A stretch of 64,000 nucleotides of DNA from contig OZ024752.1 of the NCBI GenBank assembly GCA_964016885.1, forward strand, positions 24,428,001-24,492,000, read 5' to 3'. The stretch is from Eledone cirrhosa (taxonomy: Eukaryota). The position numbers were made by a program, and so were the translations under genes. Positions 58,701 to 64,000 of the stretch are shown here, piece after piece (position 1 is the first letter of the stretch; each line of letters begins with the position of its first letter). The notes beneath the pieces are model-generated. The model ran no database searches. It saw only the letters and a program-made list of their open reading frames with translations, and was not told where the DNA came from.

Positions 58701-61700
58701 GGCAGTGAGAATTTTCAGTGCCTGGAATCCAGTCCACGATAGCTGTTCCTTTTAGCGAATTATTATTATTTTTATATGAGTCCCCAGTGTCCGCGCATTG
58801 CCTGGAGACTTGGCTGAGAATAGACCTCCCTGATGACGCAATGAAATTCTCAACAGTTCATTACGTAACTGTCTTTATCCCATTGCAGAAACTAATTAGT
58901 TGGAGTGAAAATTTAAGTAAGTTAATTCTTTAAAAATTTTTTTTTAAATTTTCTTATTTTACGTCTTTTATATTATTGTTCTGCATCCTCATGCATTGAA
59001 CCACCTAGGTACTATGACATAACCTGTGTATTTGCTGGCATTAGCGTACATCTGTGCGCTTATGTTAGTAGATATATTAAATTATCTATATTTATTTCCA
59101 AATCACTGATTTGTCGAGCAAACCTGCCAAATCCAGTACTAAATTTTTGGGGCGTTGTTAGTAGGCGTCTGTCATCTTACCATCCCATTCCTACTGACTA
59201 GCCTCAGTGTCACGTGATTGATTCTTTAGAATCGGCCATTTGACCAGTGGCAGTGAGAATTTTCAGTGCCTGGAATCCAGTCTCGATAGCTGTTCCTTTT
59301 ACCGAATTATAATTATATTTATATGAGTCCCCAGTGTCCGCGCATTGCCTGGAGACTTGGCTGAGAATAGATTTCCCTGATGACGCAATGAAATTCTCAA
59401 CAGTTCATTACGTAACTGTCTTTACCCCATTGCAGAAACTAATTAGTTGGAGTGAAAATTTAAGTAAGTAAGTTAATTCTTTAAAATTTTTTTTTTAATT
59501 TTCTTATTTTACGTCTTTTATATTATTGTTCTGCATCCTCCTGCATTGAACCACCTAGGTACTATGACATAACCTGTGTATTTGCTGGCATTAGCGTACA
59601 TATGTGCGCTTATGTTAGTAGATATATTAAATTATCTATATTTATCTCCAAATCACTGATTTGTCGAGCAAACCTGCTAAAACCACTACAAAATTTTTTG
59701 GGGGGTGTTAGTAGGCGTCTGTCATCTTACCATCCCATTCCTACTGACTAGCCTCAGTGTCACGTGATTGATTCTTTAGAATCGGCCATTTGACCAGTGG
59801 CAGTGAGAATTTTCAGTGCCTGGAATCCAGTCCACGATAGCTGTTCCTTTTAGCGAATTATTATTATTTTTATATGAGTCCCCAGTGTCCGCGCATTGCC
59901 TGGAGACTTGGCTGAGAATAGACCTCCCTGATGACGCAATGAAATTCTCAACAGTTCATTACGTAACTGTCTTTATCCCATTGCAGAAACTAATTAGTTG
60001 GAGTGAAAATTTAAGTAAGTTAATTCTTTAAAAATTTTTTTTTAAATTTTCTTATTTTACGTCTTTTATATTATTGTTCTGCATCCTCATGCATTGAACC
60101 ACCTAGGTACTATGACATAACCTGTGTATTTGCTGGCATTAGCGTACATCTGTGCGCTTATGTTAGTAGATATATTAAATTATCTATATTTATCTCCAAA
60201 TCACTGATTTCTCGAGCAAACCTGCCAAAACCACTACTAAATTTTTTTGGGGGTGTTAGTAGGCGTCTGTCATCTTACCATCCCATTCCTACTGACTAGC
60301 CTCAGTGTCACGTGATTGATTCTTTAGAATCGGCCAATTGACCAGTGGCCGTGAGAATTTTCAGTGCCTGGAATTCAGTCCTCGATAGCTGTTCCATTTA
60401 CCGAATTATTATTATTTTTATATGAGTCCCCAGTGTCCGCGAATTGCCTGGAGAATTGGCTGAGAATAAACCTCCCTGATGACGCAATGAAATTCTCAAC
60501 AGTTCATTACATAACTGTCTTTATCCCATTGCAGAAACTAATTAGTTGGAGTGAAAATTTAAGTAAGTTAATTCTTTAAAACTTTTTAAAAAATTTTTTT
60601 TATTTTACGTCTTTTATATTATTGTTCTGCATCCTCCTGCATTGAACCACCTAGGTACTATGACATAACCTGTGTATTTTCTGGCATTAGCGTACATCTG
60701 TGCGCTTATGTTAGTAGATATATTAAATTATCTATATTTATCTCCAAATCACTGATTTGTCGAGCAAACCTGACAAAACCACTAATAAATTTTTTTTGGG
60801 GGGGGGTGTTTGTAGGCGTCTGTCATCTTACCATCCCATTCCTACTGACTAGCCTCAGTGTCACGTGATTGATTCTTTAGAATTGGCCATTTGACCAGTG
60901 GCAGTGAGAATTTTCAGTGCCTGGAATACGTTCCTCGATAGCTGTTCCTTTTACCGAATTATTATTATTTTTATATGATTCCCCAGTGTCCGCGCATTGC
61001 CTGGAGACTTGGCTGAGAATAGACCTCCCTGATGACGCAATGAAATTCTCAACAGTTCATTACGTAACTGTCTTTATCCTATTGCAGAAACTAATTAGTT
61101 GGAGTGAAAATCTAAGTAAGTTAATTATTTAAAATTTTTTTTTATTAATTTTCTTATTTTACGTCTTTTATATTATTGTTCTTCATCCTCCTGCATTGAA
61201 CCACCTAGGTACTATGAGATAACCTGTGTATTTGCTGGCATTAGCGTACATCTGTGCGCTTATGTTAGTAGATATATTAAATTATCTATACTTATCTCCA
61301 AATCACTGATTTGTCGAGCAAACCTGCCAAAACCACTACTAAATTTTTTGGGGGGTGTTAGTAGGCGTCTGTCATATTACCATCCCATTCCTACTGACTA
61401 GCCTCAGTGTCACGTGATTGATTCTTTAGAATCGGCCATTTGACTAGTGGCAGTGAGAATTTTCAGTGCCTGGAATCCAGTCCACGATAGCTGTTCCTTT
61501 TACCGAATTATTATTATTTTTATATGAGTCCCCAGTGTCCGCGCATTGCCTGGAGACTTGGCTGAGAATAGACCTCCCTGATGACGCAATGAAATTCTCA
61601 ACAGTTCATTACGTAACTGTCTTTATCCCATTGCAGAAACTAATTAGATGGAGTGAAAATTTAAGTAAGTTAATTCTTAAAAATTTTTTTTTTTAATTTT

Positions 61701-64000
61701 CTTATTTTACGTCTTTTATATTATTGTTCTGCATCCTCCTGCATTGAACCACCTAGGTACTATGACATAACCTGTGTATTTTCTGGCATTAGCGTACATC
61801 TGTGCGCTTATGTTAGTAGATATATTAAATTATCTATATTTATTTCCAAATCACTGATTTGTCGAGCAAACCTGCCAAATCCACTACTAAATTTTTGGGG
61901 CGTTGTTAGTAGGCGTCTGTCATCTTACCATCCCATTCCTACTGACTAGCCTCAGTGTCACGTGATTGATTCTTTAGAATCGGCCATTTGACCAGTGGCA
62001 GTGAGAATTTTCAGTGCCTGGAATCCAGTCTCGATAGCTGTTCCTTTTACCGAATTATAATTATATTTATATGAGTCCCCAGTGTCCGCGCATTGCCTGG
62101 AGACTTGGCTGAGAATAGATTTCCCTGATGACGCAATGAAATTCTCAACAGTTCATTACGTAACTGTCTTTACCCCATTGCAGAAACTAATTAGTTGGAG
62201 TGAAAATTTAAGTAAGTAAGTTAATTCTTTAAAATTTTTTTTTTAATTTTCTTATTTTACGTCTTTTATATTATTGTTCTGCATCCTCCTGCATTGAACC
62301 ACCTAGGTACTATGACATAACCTGTGTATTTGCTGGCATTAGCGTACATATGTGCGCTTATGTTAGTAGATATATTAAATTATCTATACTTATCTCCAAA
62401 TCACTGATTTGTCGAGCAAACCTGCCAAAACCACTACTAAATTTTTTGGGGGGTGTTAGTAGGCGTCTGTCATATTACCATCCCATTCCTACTGACTAGC
62501 CTCAGTGTCACGTGATTGATTCTTTAGAATCGGCCATTTGACTAGTGGCAGTGAGAATTTTCAGTGCCTGGAATCCAGTCCACGATAGCTGTTCCTTTTA
62601 CCGAATTATTATTATTTTTATATGAGTCCCCAGTGTCCGCGCATTGCCTGGAGACTTGGCTGAGAATAGACCTCCCTGATGACGCAATGAAATTCTCAAC
62701 AGTTCATTACGTAACTGTCTTTATCCCATTGCAGAAACTAATTAGATGGAGTGAAAATTTAAGTAAGTTAATTCTTTAAAATTTTTTTTTTTAATTTTCT
62801 TATTTTACGTCTTTTATATTATTGTTCTGCATCCTCCTGCATTGAACCACCTAGGTACTATGACATAACCTGTGTATTTTCTGGCATTAGCGTACATCTG
62901 TGCGCTTATGTTAGTAGATATATTAAATTATCTATATTTATTTCCAAATCACTGATTTGTCGAGCAAACCTGCCAAATCCACTACTAAATTTTTGGGGCG
63001 TTGTTAGTAGGCGTCTGTCATCTTACCATCCCATTCCTACTGACTAGCCTCAGTGTCACGTGATTGATTCTTTAGAATCGGCCATTTGACCAGTGGCAGT
63101 GAGAATTTTCAGTGCCTGGAATCCAGTCCACGATAGCTGTTCCTTTTAGCGAATTATTATTATTTTTATATGAGTCCCCAGTGTCCGCGCATTGCCTGGA
63201 GACTTGGCTGAGAATAGACCTCCCTGATGACGCAATGAAATTCTCAACAGTTCATTACGTAACTGTCTTTATCCCATTGCAGAAACTAATTAGTTGGAGT
63301 GAAAATTTAAGTAAGTTAATTCTTTAAAAATTTTTTTTTAAATTTTCTTATTTTACGTCTTTTATATTATTGTTCTGCATCCTCATGCATTGAACCACCT
63401 AGGTACTATGACATAACCTGTGTATTTGCTGGCATTAGCGTACATCTGTGCGCTTATGTTAGTAGATATATTAAATTATCTATATTTATTTCCAAATCAC
63501 TGATTTGTCGAGCAAACCTGCCAAATCCAGTACTAAATTTTTGGGGCGTTGTTAGTAGGCGTCTGTCATCTTACCATCCCATTCCTACTGACTAGCCTCA
63601 GTGTCACGTGATTGATTCTTTAGAATCGGCCATTTGACCAGTGGCAGTGAGAATTTTCAGTGCCTGGAATCCAGTCTCGATAGCTGTTCCTTTTACCGAA
63701 TTATAATTATATTTATATGAGTCCCCAGTGTCCGCGCATTGCCTGGAGACTTGGCTGAGAATAGATTTCCCTGATGACGCAATGAAATTCTCAACAGTTC
63801 ATTACGTAACTGTCTTTACCCCATTGCAGAAACTAATTAGTTGGAGTGAAAATTTAAGTAAGTAAGTTAATTCTTTAAAATTTTTTTTTTAATTTTCTTA
63901 TTTTACGTCTTTTATATTATTGTTCTGCATCCTCCTGCATTGAACCACCTAGGTACTATGACATAACCTGTGTATTTGCTGGCATTAGCGTACATATGTG

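Larger units (their letters stand above)
33532..64000 (+). repeat. Tandem array of a ~548-bp unit (range ~546-553), ~55.5 copies, continuing beyond the window
   Basis: Equivalent positions recur at 34000, 34548, 35096 ... 63112, 63660. Units differ by scattered substitutions and a 4-bp gtaa duplication. Confidence 0.99.

Noticed and set aside
34000-63327. Repeated 68-76-aa ORFs (MPGIQSSIAV...) as a tandem gene family
   Set aside because: They start at GTG, have no recognisable domain, and are broken by stops or frameshifts in about nine units. They are a by-product of the repeat.
33532-64000. CRISPR array
   Set aside because: The whole unit repeats with no unique spacers, there are no cas genes, and the context is eukaryotic.

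Overview
AT-rich, repeat-saturated animal genomic DNA. The C2H2 zinc-finger style, SINE/LINE types and huge (TA)n tracts suggest a cephalopod (Octopus-like); this is inference. The first 33.5 kb holds two duplicated, decayed C2H2 zinc-finger genes, RTE and CR1-type LINEs, tRNA-derived SINEs and minisatellites. It also holds five Penelope-like element (PLE) remnants, each with an inverted repeat and a full or partial type I hammerhead ribozyme motif. From 33,532 to the window end lies a tandem array of about 55.5 copies of a ~548-bp unit. Main finding: every unit carries a type I hammerhead motif on the + strand (ctcc-CUGAUGA-stem II-GAAAC-UAAUUA-GUU-ggag, palindromic stem III; 56 copies, 4 with core mutations). 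This is a >30-kb ribozyme satellite or retrozyme-like array whose transcript could self-process into ~548-nt monomers. Activity is untested. No intact host protein-coding gene is supported.
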